From: a bacterium
Lineage (GTDB): Bacteria; Hydrothermota; Tepidihabitantia; B3-TA06
DNA length: 64,000 bases
NCBI GenBank assembly: GCA_012517375.1
Contig: JAAYVC010000037.1
Span: forward strand, 3,485-67,484
Reading direction: 5' to 3'
The position numbers and the translations under genes are program-made. Shown here one piece after another: positions 47,390 through 57,027 of the stretch (within the stretch, counting starts at the first letter, position 1; every line of letters starts with the position of its first letter). Under the pieces are notes generated by a model that had not been told where the DNA came from, did not search any database, and was given only the letters and a program-made list of their open reading frames with translations.

Positions 47390-48358
47390 CTATTCCGTCG
47401 ACCACTCTGTGGGCCACTCGTTTTCCAGGAAATATCCTTTAGGATTGACGGGAATGCCGGCGATCCTTACCTCGTAATGCAGATGGACCCCTGTCGTTCG
47501 TCCGGTTTCACCCATCACGCCTATGGCTTCATTCCGGCGTACTTTCTGACCTGGCTTTACTAAGAATGCATCAAGATGACCGTAAACGGTTTCGATGCCG
47601 TTTCCGTGTGCGACTACGACGGCGTTTCCGTATCCCGACAGCTCGCCTGCTTGCGTAACGGTTCCGTCGGCGCTTGCCATTACAGGCGTGCCTTTTTTAT
47701 TGGCAATGTCGATTCCCGGATGAAAAGCCGGCGTGTGCAGGAATGGGTCTATGCGGAATCCGAATCCGCTCGAGACGTAACCCTCAGTAGGTTTAATCGA
47801 AGGCGTATGATCCAGCAGATTCTGGTCTGTGGTAAGCCTGCCATCGACTTCTCCGAAGCTTTTCTCAAGGAAAAGGGCCCTGCGGGAAAGCTTATCTATT
47901 GACTGCTCGATATCGAAAACTTCCTCGTAACGCTTGCTGCCCATCATGCGCAGCTCCTCCATAGAAGGTTTCTCTACAGCGGGACCGCCGACGCCCAGCA
48001 AACGTTCATCCGGTAATGCGATATCCATGCCTTTGTATGTGCGAATCTGGGCATCGTGGAACTCCATGAAGGCAAGCATAATAGACATAGAATCCGCGTA
48101 CTCTCTGAGACAAGAGAAGCGGTCCATGAGTTCGAGATTCTCCTCTTCAAGATGTTTCAGTTGAGAACCAGCTATTTGTTTGCTGGCGCAGCTTAGAATG
48201 GATTCGCCGCCTCCCACAAAGAACGAAAACAGGAATAAAGCTCCGCAAAAGAGAGCCCACATCGGAGCGGAAAATCTTAAGGACCTTAACCTTGGTCCGG
48301 CATCGACTATAATCGTTATCTTTCTTTTTATTATATCTTTAACACGCTTCACCATCAT
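47390..48358 (-). CDS. Membrane-anchored M23 family metallopeptidase (LytM domain)
   Basis: 322 aa. N-terminal TM. Coiled-coil middle. M23 motifs HPGIDIA.. and HLHYEV. Confidence 0.8.
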   Translation of the reverse strand: MMVKRVKDIIKRKITIIVDAGPRLRSLRFSAPMWALFCGALFLFSFFVGGGESILSCASKQIAGSQLKHLEEENLELMDRFSCLREYADSMSIMLAFMEFHDAQIRTYKGMDIALPDERLLGVGGPAVEKPSMEELRMMGSKRYEEVFDIEQSIDKLSRRALFLEKSFGEVDGRLTTDQNLLDHTPSIKPTEGYVSSGFGFRIDPFLHTPAFHPGIDIANKKGTPVMASADGTVTQAGELSGYGNAVVVAHGNGIETVYGHLDAFLVKPGQKVRRNEAIGVMGETGRTTGVHLHYEVRIAGIPVNPKGYFLENEWPTEWSTE

Positions 48359-48402
48359 AAATTATACATCTAACCGGACGGCTGTCAAAGGCGATCAGGA
48401 AA

Positions 48403-49227
48403 CTAAAGCCTGGCTACATCCTCGACTACAAGATTCAAAATCCTCGCCGCATCGCTTTGCGGGTGCTCCAGCACGTAGGGCTTTCCGCCGTCGGAAGCCT
48501 TAACTATCTCAGGATCAAGGGGTATTGCTCCAAGGAAAGGAACCGCCAGGTCCAGAGACGCTTGCTTGCCGCCTCCCTGCTTGAAGACGTCTATCACCTT
48601 CCCGCAATGCGGGCAAACGAGTCCGCTCATGTTCTCCACAATTCCGAGTGTCGGCACGTTCAACTGATTCAGGAAGCTCAGACATTTGCGTGAGTCAAGA
48701 AGAGCCACGTCCTGGGGAGTCGTTACTACCACCGCGCCAGATATATCGGGGATAAGCTGGGCAATCGACAGCGGTTCGTCGCCTGTTCCAGGCGGAGAGT
48801 CAATCACAAGAACATCGAGTTCTCCCCAGCGCACCTCGGCAAGAAACTGCTTCAAGAGGCCCATCTTTAACGGTCCCCGCCATATCACCGAATCGTCCCT
48901 GGATTTCAAGAGAGATGCGGTGCTTACGGCAACCAGGTTATCCATTACGGTTATGGGTTCTATGGTATTGTCCTCCGATACGCCCAAAGGCATTCCCTCG
49001 AACCCAAGAAGGTGCGCTACGGACGGTCCGTGGATGTCGGCATCCAGAATCCCGGTCTTAAGCCCTTTTTCCGCAGCAATGAGCGCGATGCTCGTAGCCA
49101 CGAAGCTCTTACCGACCCCGCCCTTGTTCGAAAGCACGAGCAGCTTCCTTTTGATGCGTCCGAGATTCGCCTCGAGTTTGCGGTCAAGCTCCTCCTGTCT
49201 CCTCATCTGTTCTTCGGATTGTATCAT
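48403..49227 (-). CDS. apbC: Mrp/NBP35/ApbC-family Fe-S cluster carrier ATPase
   Basis: Start at 49227 (MIQSEEQ, SD AGGAGA). The track N-terminal extension to 49395 was rejected. Deviant Walker [10 protein letters not shown]. CxxC (CPHCG). Confidence 0.85.
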   Translation of the reverse strand: MIQSEEQMRRQEELDRKLEANLGRIKRKLLVLSNKGGVGKSFVATSIALIAAEKGLKTGILDADIHGPSVAHLLGFEGMPLGVSEDNTIEPITVMDNLVAVSTASLLKSRDDSVIWRGPLKMGLLKQFLAEVRWGELDVLVIDSPPGTGDEPLSIAQLIPDISGAVVVTTPQDVALLDSRKCLSFLNQLNVPTLGIVENMSGLVCPHCGKVIDVFKQGGGKQASLDLAVPFLGAIPLDPEIVKASDGGKPYVLEHPQSDAARILNLVVEDVARL

Positions 49228-49279
49228 TTGAATATCTCCTTGGCTCCTGATCAGCTTTTTTCGGAGAAGTTTCCTGTTT

Positions 49280-49660
49280 CTAGTGGTGTCCGCAGTCTGG
49301 CTGACTGCACTCCTTAAGCGTGCCGTTCGAATAGGCGCGAGCGGCCTCTTCGGCGTTTTCCGTCTCGGTGAAAACCGGCTTGATTCCGGCTCCAACCAGG
49401 TCCGCTACAGCTCTTCTGCCCATCCCGCGGGCGATTATGACCTCTGAACCAGCGAGGAGGGCAACGAATCTTTCGTGACTGTGGTGGACGCCGTGCTCGT
49501 GAGCGGAATCGTGACCGTGATCGTTGTGGTACGGGTTGTTCTCGACAAGTTCCTTTTGAAGTATTTTACCTTTTTCCGCTTCGAATATAATAAAATACCT
49601 GGCCCTGCCGAAATGGGGGGCAATCGTTGCTCCGTCATCCGAAGGTAGCGCTATTTTCAC
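49280..49660 (-). CDS. NifX/NafY/NifB-C-terminal family (dinitrogenase FeMo-cofactor biosynthesis domain) protein with His-rich insert
   Basis: 126 aa. [24 protein letters not shown] core. [19 protein letters not shown] insert. C-terminal CSQPDCGHH. Confidence 0.8.
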   Translation of the reverse strand: MKIALPSDDGATIAPHFGRARYFIIFEAEKGKILQKELVENNPYHNDHGHDSAHEHGVHHSHERFVALLAGSEVIIARGMGRRAVADLVGAGIKPVFTETENAEEAARAYSNGTLKECSQPDCGHH

Positions 49661-49672
49661 ATGTTCTCCTTG

Positions 49673-49876
49673 TTATTCGTTTATGTCATCGAGACAGCAC
49701 TCTATGCATTCATCGTAGAGCGCTTGCATCTTTTCGACGTGTTCTACTATGCAATCGAGTTTGTGACCTGCGGTTCCCGCTATACGCTCCCGGTTCAGAA
49801 CTTCCTCTGCGGCTTTGACAGCCTCGCCCATCGCGAAAAGCGCTTTTATTTTCAGATGCAGCCTTTCCGATTGCAT
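49673..49876 (-). CDS. Small Cys-containing hypothetical protein (CIECC motif)
   Basis: 67 aa. AAGGAG SD. Sits between the DUF5320 and NifX-like genes in the same operon. Confidence 0.4.
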   Translation of the reverse strand: MQSERLHLKIKALFAMGEAVKAAEEVLNRERIAGTAGHKLDCIVEHVEKMQALYDECIECCLDDINE

Positions 49877-49896
49877 GATCCATCTCCTTCATTTTG

Positions 49897-50118
49897 TCAG
49901 GCCTGCAACTCCTCTATTAACTTCTTTAGTCTGCGGGCCTGGGCTTCGACAAAACGTAAACGCTCTCTAAGCAGTTCCGTGTCGGTTTCTCCTGATGTCT
50001 CCCCACTAAATCCTTTGATTCCCCAACCGAGGCACCTGTATCCTCTCATGCGATATCCCATATTCGATCTTGATAATCTCCTGCCCCATAAAGGACCTGT
50101 TCCATCTCCACAAGGCAT
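49897..50118 (-). CDS. DUF5320 family protein
   Basis: 73 aa. N-terminal MPCGDGTGP..GRR..GYR Gly/Arg-rich motif with C-terminal coiled coil. Typical partner of DUF134/NifX-like genes. Confidence 0.55.
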   Translation of the reverse strand: MPCGDGTGPLWGRRLSRSNMGYRMRGYRCLGWGIKGFSGETSGETDTELLRERLRFVEAQARRLKKLIEELQA

Positions 50119-50120
50119 AG

Positions 50121-50492
50121 CTACTCCTTTCTTTCTTCTGAACTTTTAACCGCATTCCTTCCCCAGCATCTGCGCCGACCGTGAAAACCCGAAGCGGCCG
50201 ATTCTACAAGGTAATTGCCGCCGTTTACCTCGATGCCCTTGCCATCTATTACCGCACTAACGATTTTCTTGCGTGCAATCTCCAGAAGTCTCGACAAGGT
50301 GGGCCTCGATATCTCCATCCTCGAGGCCGCTTCCTCAAGATACATTGCCTCCATATCGACCAGGCGCAAGGCCTCGAGCTCATCATGTGTTACTATCACA
50401 ACCTCGAGTTCCCTCATCGGGATTCCCTTGGGCCCGAAGAAACCTATTCCGTACTCGCTAGCTATTCTTCTGCATTTACAGGGGCGGGGCAT
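50121..50492 (-). CDS. DUF134 (UPF0251) family predicted DNA-binding protein
   Basis: 123 aa. Hallmark N-terminus MPRPCKCRR. HTH-like LEEAASRMEISRPTLSRLLEIARKKI. Confidence 0.7.
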   Translation of the reverse strand: MPRPCKCRRIASEYGIGFFGPKGIPMRELEVVIVTHDELEALRLVDMEAMYLEEAASRMEISRPTLSRLLEIARKKIVSAVIDGKGIEVNGGNYLVESAASGFHGRRRCWGRNAVKSSEERKE

Positions 50493-50629
50493 CGCAAATT
50501 CTCATTATGAACATATGTTCATTATAACAATCAAGAACGCGAAGTCAAGGTTCACTAAATCCAGGAGATCTCCTGGTCTTGCGTTATCGTTTATATGGGT
50601 TAGAATATCCCAAAACTAAAGGAGAATGA

Positions 50630-51142
50630 ATGACTGTTGAAGAAGCAATCAAGACGGCTATTGAATACGAGACCAAAGTCCGGGATCTTTACAACGAGGC
50701 TTTGTCTAAAGCGACCGATCCGGACGGCAAACGTATCTTTTCGTTGATGGCGTCAGAGGAACAGCATCATCTCGACTACCTCTACGCGAAACTCGCGAAG
50801 TGGCAAGCATCCGGAGAATTGACCATTGAGGGCCTCAGAACGGCCCTGCCGTCCAGAAAGAGAATCGAAGAGGGCGCAAAGGCCATGCAAGCCCAGGTAA
50901 GCAAGAGGGACTACGGAGAAGAGATTAACATGCTCGAGGAGGCGCTCGAGGCCGAGAAGGTAACCTCCGCTTTCTACCGCAAGATGGTCTCCGAACTTGC
51001 AGGCGAGGCGCAGAAGATGTTCGCGCACTTCGTCGAGATAGAAGAAGGCCATCTGGCGCTCGTGCAAGCGGAGCTGGACTCCGTAGGCAGAATGAGCTAC
51101 TGGTTCGGCCTAAGAGAGTTCGATCTCTATGGGGATAAATAA
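50630..51142 (+). CDS. Ferritin-like diiron (rubrerythrin-family) protein
   Basis: 170 aa. Paired E..EEQHH and EIEEGH motifs in a four-helix pattern. Confidence 0.6.
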   Translation: MTVEEAIKTAIEYETKVRDLYNEALSKATDPDGKRIFSLMASEEQHHLDYLYAKLAKWQASGELTIEGLRTALPSRKRIEEGAKAMQAQVSKRDYGEEINMLEEALEAEKVTSAFYRKMVSELAGEAQKMFAHFVEIEEGHLALVQAELDSVGRMSYWFGLREFDLYGDK

Positions 51143-51248
51143 TACTCCAAGAAATTCCACGGGAATTTCTTGGAGACCCCGAATAAGTATATGAGTTTGT
51201 GATTCAGCCATGCCCTTGGAAACAAGCAAGCTGTAGAGATCTGTTGAG

Positions 51249-51599
51249 ATGAATGACATCGAAGATTTCAAGAAAGAACGTGAGCGGCTTCACAAGAAGG
51301 TAATGGAGTTCGCCGGAAAGAACATGAAGGCGTTCCATCATCTGGATTTCGAGACCTACGGTCCGGGAGCGCTGGACGCGAAGACCAAGGAGATGATGGG
51401 GCTGGTTGCCTCGCTTGTTCTTCGTTGCGAGGACTGCATAACCTACCACCTCTCAAGGTGCAAGGAGGAGAAGGTATCCTCTAAGGAGCTTGAGGAGGCA
51501 ATGATGATAGCGCTTATGGTAGGCGGTTCTATCGTTATTCCTCATCTCCGTAAAGCGGTTGATGAATGGTACGAAATGAATCCAGAGGAGGAAAGTTGA
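51249..51599 (+). CDS. Carboxymuconolactone decarboxylase / AhpD-like family protein
   Basis: 116 aa. AhpD core motif CEDCITYHLSRC (CxxCxxxH). Confidence 0.75.
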   Translation: MNDIEDFKKERERLHKKVMEFAGKNMKAFHHLDFETYGPGALDAKTKEMMGLVASLVLRCEDCITYHLSRCKEEKVSSKELEEAMMIALMVGGSIVIPHLRKAVDEWYEMNPEEES

Positions 51600-52093
51600 A
51601 GCTCACCGAAGAAGAAAAGAAAATGCTTTTCTCAACCCTTATCCACGAAGTTAGCTCCGCGGCGCGGAGCTCAGAAGACCCCAGAGTAGTATTGAAGTCA
51701 GTTTGCGATCTTCTCAAGGACAAAGTTCCGTACTACGACTGGGTAGGATTCTACCTGACCAATCCGGACGCTGAAAGAGAGCTTGTTCTCGGCCCTTTTG
51801 CTGGCGCACCCACAGAACACGTGCGCATCTCTTTCGGTCAGGGGATATGCGGACAGGCTGCCGAACGCAAGCAGACCTACGTCGTGCCCGACGTCTCAAA
51901 AGAAACCAACTATCTTTCATGCAGTCCGACAGTCAAATCCGAGATAGTACTGCCTATCCTCAAAGAAGGCGAGGTAATGGGCGAGCTTGACATAGACTCC
52001 CATACTGTTGACGCCTTCTCCGAGGAGGACAGGGCGTTTCTCCTGAAGGTCTGCCTTGCGGCGTCCAGGCTCCTTTACCGCGCTCGGGGATAG
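51566..52093 (+). CDS. GAF-domain protein (free methionine-R-sulfoxide reductase-like, fRMsr/YebR family)
   Basis: YDWVGFYL..GQGICGQAAERKQTYVVPDV..CSPTVKSEIVLPI..GELDIDS. The true start is probably internal (TTG at 51596 or ATG at 51623) because the track start overlaps the AhpD-like gene. Confidence 0.65.
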   Translation: MVRNESRGGKLKLTEEEKKMLFSTLIHEVSSAARSSEDPRVVLKSVCDLLKDKVPYYDWVGFYLTNPDAERELVLGPFAGAPTEHVRISFGQGICGQAAERKQTYVVPDVSKETNYLSCSPTVKSEIVLPILKEGEVMGELDIDSHTVDAFSEEDRAFLLKVCLAASRLLYRARG

Positions 52094-52372
52094 AAAGGTT
52101 ATTTCACCTTTCCCTGACTCCTTCCTGTGTATGGCGAAGCGAAGAAATACTAAAAGGGAAGCACTTTCCCCTGAGTCCGGGCGAGCAGCCTGGAATGGTC
52201 CTGCGAATCCATCTCAAAGCTGCACGCTCAGTCGTTGTAAAGGTCTGCGGAACAGCCCATGAATGCAGGGTAATCACGAGAAGGATGATCTGAAGCGAAC
52301 GCTTGTTAACATTGGGTGCGTATCTTGACAACTGGGAAAGGCTAGGTATCCTAACAACCCGAAAGGATATAT

Positions 52373-53392
52373 ATGGATGAGACAAAGAAGAAAGTAAGGC
52401 TGCTTACGAAACAGGTGCTCATGAGGCGAGTTATTATCGCCATTATCCCATGCGTGCTTGCATCCATTTATTTCTTCGGGTGGCGCTCGCTCGTCATGGT
52501 TGTAGTTTCGTGCGTTACCGCCTTCCTTGTCGAGTTCATATTCACCCGGGTGCGCAAACCGCAGGAGCCAGTCTCAGAGGCTGTTTTCGTCTCGGGAATC
52601 ATCTACGCCCTTATCATGCCGCCGACCGTGCCCTGGCACGTTCTCGTGATAGGAATCTCATTCGCTATCCTCTTCGGCAAGATGGTTTTCGGAGGTTTCG
52701 GCCGCAACATATTCAATCCGGCCATGGCAGGCAGGGCGTTCGTCTACATCTGCTTTCCTGTGGCTCTCACTTCGCAGTGGGCAAGGCCAGCCGCTTTCCC
52801 CTGGGGTGCGCTCAAGATGTGGAGCACATCATCCCTTCCCGATGCAATTACTGCAGCAACCCCTCTCGCACTCGTCAAAGCCGGCGCCGCCCCCCCTCCG
52901 CCCCTCCTCGACCTTTTATTCGGCAACATTGCCGGCACGATGGGTGTTACCAGCGTTATCGCCATTCTTGCAGGAGGGCTCTACCTTTTCATCTCCGGCA
53001 CTGCAAACCGCTGGCTTACGCTCGCAACCATCGCGGCGTACGCCGGGTTCGACTTCCTGTTCGTCCTTCTGGGAGTCAAGACAGCCATGCCCGTACTGCC
53101 TGCCCTGCTGGGCGGCGGCTTCCTTTTCGGCGCATTCTTCATGGTTACTGATCCCGTATCCGCTCCGCAGACCACCCAGGCAAAGATTATCTACGCCGCG
53201 ATAGTGGGAACCGCGGCATCCGTGATCGGAACACTCTCCGTATTCAACGGCGGCTTCATGTTCGCGCTCCTTTTGGGAAACATGTTAGGCCCCATAATCG
53301 ATTACGTCTTCAAGGAACGCGCAAAGCGAAAAAAGGAACGCCAGAAATCAGAAGCAAAGCCCGCAGAGCAGCCGGCAGGGGGACCGTCATGA
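52373..53392 (+). CDS. nqrB: NqrB/RnfD-family membrane subunit of Na+-translocating NADH:quinone (or ferredoxin:NAD) oxidoreductase
   Basis: 339 aa polytopic. Conserved NPAMAGRAF and TAATPLA motifs. Confidence 0.8.
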   Translation: MDETKKKVRLLTKQVLMRRVIIAIIPCVLASIYFFGWRSLVMVVVSCVTAFLVEFIFTRVRKPQEPVSEAVFVSGIIYALIMPPTVPWHVLVIGISFAILFGKMVFGGFGRNIFNPAMAGRAFVYICFPVALTSQWARPAAFPWGALKMWSTSSLPDAITAATPLALVKAGAAPPPPLLDLLFGNIAGTMGVTSVIAILAGGLYLFISGTANRWLTLATIAAYAGFDFLFVLLGVKTAMPVLPALLGGGFLFGAFFMVTDPVSAPQTTQAKIIYAAIVGTAASVIGTLSVFNGGFMFALLLGNMLGPIIDYVFKERAKRKKERQKSEAKPAEQPAGGPS

Positions 53393-54006
53393 GCACACCC
53401 TTAAAGGAGAGGGGCTGGTTCTCTATAGTCTTCATGTTCAGCCTTACCGCTATAGCGAGCGCAATCCTCATCATGCTCGCCGGCCTCACCAGGCAAAGGG
53501 TCGATGCAAACCAGAAGCTTTCCTTTGAGCGGTCGGTGCTGGAAGCTGTCGGCGAGACGGTTCCTAAGGGAGCATCCGGAATCGAGGTTAACAAGATTTA
53601 CAACTTACGCGTTAAAGATACCGTGGTCGCTAAAGACACATTCCTCGTGTATCATGCCAGCGATTCAACACTTTCATACATCATTCCGCTCTCAGGCGCA
53701 GGTTTCTGGGACAAGATTTCGGGCGTCATCGCGCTCGCCCCGGACAGGAGAACGGTTATCGGCATCTCCTTCTACCAGCAGAACGAAACGCCCGGACTGG
53801 GCGGCGAAATAATGAAGCCCTATTTCAAGAACCAGTTCAAGGGGAAGAAGCTTGCGGAAAGCGGAATCCCTATCGAGCTAAGACCGGTCGGAGCGCCTCT
53901 GGACTCAAGCTCGGTTGAAGCTATAACGGGCGCCACGCAAACCTCCACCAGACTCATGAAGTTCGTCAACGCAAGGCTCGACGCCTGGAGAAGGAGCGCA
54001 AAGTGA
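53389..54006 (+). CDS. nqrC: NqrC/RnfG-family FMN-binding subunit
   Basis: 205 aa. N-terminal TM. FMN-attachment motif ITGATQTS. Confidence 0.8.
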   Translation: MSTPLKERGWFSIVFMFSLTAIASAILIMLAGLTRQRVDANQKLSFERSVLEAVGETVPKGASGIEVNKIYNLRVKDTVVAKDTFLVYHASDSTLSYIIPLSGAGFWDKISGVIALAPDRRTVIGISFYQQNETPGLGGEIMKPYFKNQFKGKKLAESGIPIELRPVGAPLDSSSVEAITGATQTSTRLMKFVNARLDAWRRSAK

Positions 54007-54644
54007 ACTCGTCTCCCAAGAGCGCGTCCAAGATAATATCCGACGGTTTGTGGGGCGACAACCCGGTTTTCCGCCAGATTCTCGGTATATGCAGCTCGCT
54101 CGCGGTAACCAACCTCGTTCTCAACACGCTTGTCATGGGTTTCGCGCTCACCCTGACGCTGGGGCTTTCGAGCATAACGGTTTCGCTGCTGCGCAACCTT
54201 ATACCGCGCAGGGTCAGAATGATGGTCGAAACGCTCATAATGGCGTTCTATGTCATCCTCTTCGACCTTGCCTTGAAGGCCTACTGGCCGGATATGAGCC
54301 GCAACCTTGGACCGTATGTCGGATTAATCATCACCAACTGCATACTCATGGGCCGCGCCGAGGCTTTCGCCATCTCTCAAAAACCGTGGCCTTCCTTTCT
54401 CGACGGCATCTTTAACGGGCTCGGCTACTCGTTCGTGCTTCTCGTCATCTCCGTTTTCCGCGAGATCATAGGCATGGGCAGCCTCCTGGGCATCCCGATG
54501 CCGTTCTTCTCCACACCGGCCTGGGACCGCTGGATTATCATGGTCATGCCTCCAGGCGCGTTCTTCACCCTTGCCGTTGTCGTATGGATATTCCGCTCCG
54601 TAAAGAAACCTCAATCCGATGAAACAAAGAAAGGAGCTTCATGA
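54003..54644 (+). CDS. nqrD: NqrD/RnfE-family membrane subunit
   Basis: 213 aa. DGLWGDNPVFRQILGICSSLAVT hallmark. Confidence 0.85.
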   Translation: MNSSPKSASKIISDGLWGDNPVFRQILGICSSLAVTNLVLNTLVMGFALTLTLGLSSITVSLLRNLIPRRVRMMVETLIMAFYVILFDLALKAYWPDMSRNLGPYVGLIITNCILMGRAEAFAISQKPWPSFLDGIFNGLGYSFVLLVISVFREIIGMGSLLGIPMPFFSTPAWDRWIIMVMPPGAFFTLAVVVWIFRSVKKPQSDETKKGAS

Positions 54645-55243
54645 ACTTCGGGAACGAGATGCTTGGCGCAGTAGCGATACTCTTCGCAGCAGTATTCACG
54701 GATAATATTCTCCTCGCCCGCTTCCTGGGTATGTGCTCGTTCCTCTCCGTATCGAGGGAGGTAAAGACCGCACTCGGTCTTGGAACGGCTGTCGTGTTCG
54801 TTATGACCTTCACGAACCTTCTGAACTGGCTCGCTTACTACTACATACTAGTTCCCCTGCACCTCGAGTTCCTCCGCTTCATCCTCTTCATCATCATCGT
54901 CGCCGCCTTCGTGCAGTTTCTCGAGATGGTCATCGAGCGCTACTCGCCAACCCTATACCAGAACCTCGGGATATTTCTGCCGCTCATAACAGTAAACTGC
55001 GCGATACTTGGCGCGGCGCTCTTCATGGTGATTCGCGAATACAACCTGCTGCAGGCGGTCGCCTTCGGGCTTGGCGGCGGTCTTGGCTGGATGCTTGCGA
55101 TTGTCGCGATGTCGGGCATAAGACAGAAGCTTGCGAACTCGCGAATACCTCTGGGGCTCCAGGGACCGGGAATAACCCTCATCATCGCTGGGTTCATGGC
55201 GCTTGCATTCATCGGTTTTACGGGCGTTCTTTCGGGAAGATGA
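54641..55243 (+). CDS. nqrE: NqrE/RnfA-family membrane subunit
   Basis: 200 aa. Six-TM NqrE/RnfA pattern. 4-bp overlap with nqrD. Confidence 0.85.
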   Translation: MNFGNEMLGAVAILFAAVFTDNILLARFLGMCSFLSVSREVKTALGLGTAVVFVMTFTNLLNWLAYYYILVPLHLEFLRFILFIIIVAAFVQFLEMVIERYSPTLYQNLGIFLPLITVNCAILGAALFMVIREYNLLQAVAFGLGGGLGWMLAIVAMSGIRQKLANSRIPLGLQGPGITLIIAGFMALAFIGFTGVLSGR

Positions 55244-55348
55244 TACAAATGCCTCTTTTCGTCGAAGGGAAGAAAACCGGAGTTATACTTGGTAGCCGGG
55301 AAAGACGCAGCACCCTTGACCTTTTGCGCTTCAGAGACTTCCTAATCC

Positions 55349-56482
55349 TTGAAAAAACCAAGAAGGAATCGAATGGCTAATGCGCTGATCTCGATACTCG
55401 TAGTGAGTGCGGTAGGTGCATTTCTCGCGGCGCTTCTTGTAATAGCCGAGCGCTTCATTGCAAACTACGGAGAAGTCGAGATAGACATAAACGCAGGCGA
55501 GAGAACGTTTTCCGTAAAGGGAGGCAGTTCGCTGCTCGAGACTCTCAAGGCTCAGAAGATATTCATACCATCGGCATGCGGCGGCCGCGGCACCTGTGCG
55601 TACTGCAAGGTCAGGGTTCTTGAAGGCGGCGGACCCCTGCTTCCTACAGAGGAACCCTACATCGACAACAAAGCCCGGTCGGAAGGCGTACGCCTTTCAT
55701 GCCAGGTCAAGGTACGCAGCAATCTAGCCATCCGGATACCGTCGGAGCTCTTCTCAATCAAGGAATACGCTGGCGTCTGCGAAAAGATAACGGACTACAC
55801 CTACGATATAAAAGAATACCGCATTAAGCTTACCGATCCAGGGGAGATAGCCTACACGCCCGGCCAGTACGTTCAGTTCCTTGCGCCCGCCTACAAGGGC
55901 AGCCCGGAGGAGGTATACCGCGCGTACTCCATCTCCTCAGACCCTTCCGAGAAGGATCACCTCGAATTGATTGTCCGCCGGGTCACGGGCGGAATATGCA
56001 CAACCTATATGTTCGATCATCTTAAAGAGGGTTCCGAAGTCCGCATAAACGGTCCGCACGGCGAGTTCTACCTGCGCGATACGCAGGCGCCGATAATCTT
56101 CATTGCGGGAGGTTCGGGCATTGCGCCTATAAAGTGCATGCTTCACCATATGCATAATACCGCCAATTCCCGCAAGTCAATCTTTTTCTTCGGCGTGAGG
56201 ACTCTAAAGGACCTCTTTCTTTCAGACCGGATGAGCGCATTCGAGAAGGAACTGGCGGAATTCCGTTTCGTGCCGGTCGTATCCGAACCGGAAAGCGCGG
56301 ACTGGAGGGGCGAGAGAGGGAGGGTAACGGATGCTGCAAAGAAATACCTGGAGTCGCAACCTGATGCCGGAAATTACGAGGGATACCTTTGCGGAAGCCC
56401 GGGCATGATTGATTCCGCTATAGCCGTGCTTACCTCTCTCGGGATACCCCTCGATAAAATCTATTATGACAAGTTTTCATAG
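55349..56482 (+). CDS. nqrF: NqrF-type subunit (TM anchor + 2Fe-2S ferredoxin + FAD/NAD(P)-binding reductase)
   Basis: 377 aa. 2Fe-2S CGGRGTCAYCKV. FAD RAYSIS. NAD GGSGIAP. Confidence 0.85.
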   Translation: MKKPRRNRMANALISILVVSAVGAFLAALLVIAERFIANYGEVEIDINAGERTFSVKGGSSLLETLKAQKIFIPSACGGRGTCAYCKVRVLEGGGPLLPTEEPYIDNKARSEGVRLSCQVKVRSNLAIRIPSELFSIKEYAGVCEKITDYTYDIKEYRIKLTDPGEIAYTPGQYVQFLAPAYKGSPEEVYRAYSISSDPSEKDHLELIVRRVTGGICTTYMFDHLKEGSEVRINGPHGEFYLRDTQAPIIFIAGGSGIAPIKCMLHHMHNTANSRKSIFFFGVRTLKDLFLSDRMSAFEKELAEFRFVPVVSEPESADWRGERGRVTDAAKKYLESQPDAGNYEGYLCGSPGMIDSAIAVLTSLGIPLDKIYYDKFS

Positions 56483-56491
56483 GTTGGAGAG

Positions 56492-56947
56492 ATGAAGAAA
56501 TCACCGCAGATGAAGAAGCTTGAGGAGACGCTTCGGGAATCCAAGCTCTCCCTGGCGGGATTCCTCGGCAACGACGCCAGAGACCTCACGGAGATCCTCG
56601 ACGCAGACGCCCGCGAGGTCGCCTCGCTCGGTCTTACCATGGAAGAGATAGCCGAAAGGATGCATGAGCTTACCGAACTCGCAAAAGCGGAGCTAGGCGC
56701 AAGCTGCAGCGTATCTGGTAATATCGAGGTCTGCGCGGATGACAACCGCGGCCTCATACCCTGTCCGTGGCCTCACGGCGCGCTTTGCCAGAAGACGGTT
56801 ACGACAGCCACGCGTGTCGACCTTGGGAAAAAAATACAATGGTCCGATCTTTCCATACATCTTATCATGGAGCACGGATTCTTTCAGGGCAAGGGCTCTC
56901 CCTTCAGGCTGGAGCCTCGCGAGCTGGTTGAAATTATCTTCGGATAG
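56492..56947 (+). CDS. Hypothetical protein downstream of nqrF
   Basis: 151 aa, no recognised motif. 10 bp after nqrF. Confidence 0.4.
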   Translation: MKKSPQMKKLEETLRESKLSLAGFLGNDARDLTEILDADAREVASLGLTMEEIAERMHELTELAKAELGASCSVSGNIEVCADDNRGLIPCPWPHGALCQKTVTTATRVDLGKKIQWSDLSIHLIMEHGFFQGKGSPFRLEPRELVEIIFG

Positions 56948-57027
56948 AGTATCATTTGATGCGATTGTCTAATCCTTCCGCACTCATAAAGAAGGATAAT
57001 CTGAAATATTAAAACATGGAGTTAGTG

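Noticed and set aside
49228-49395. 56-codon N-terminal extension of the Mrp/NBP35 ORF
   Set aside because: It is Arg/Pro-rich low complexity that overlaps the NifX-like gene end region. The internal ATG at 49227 has an AGGAGA SD and matches the family N-terminus.
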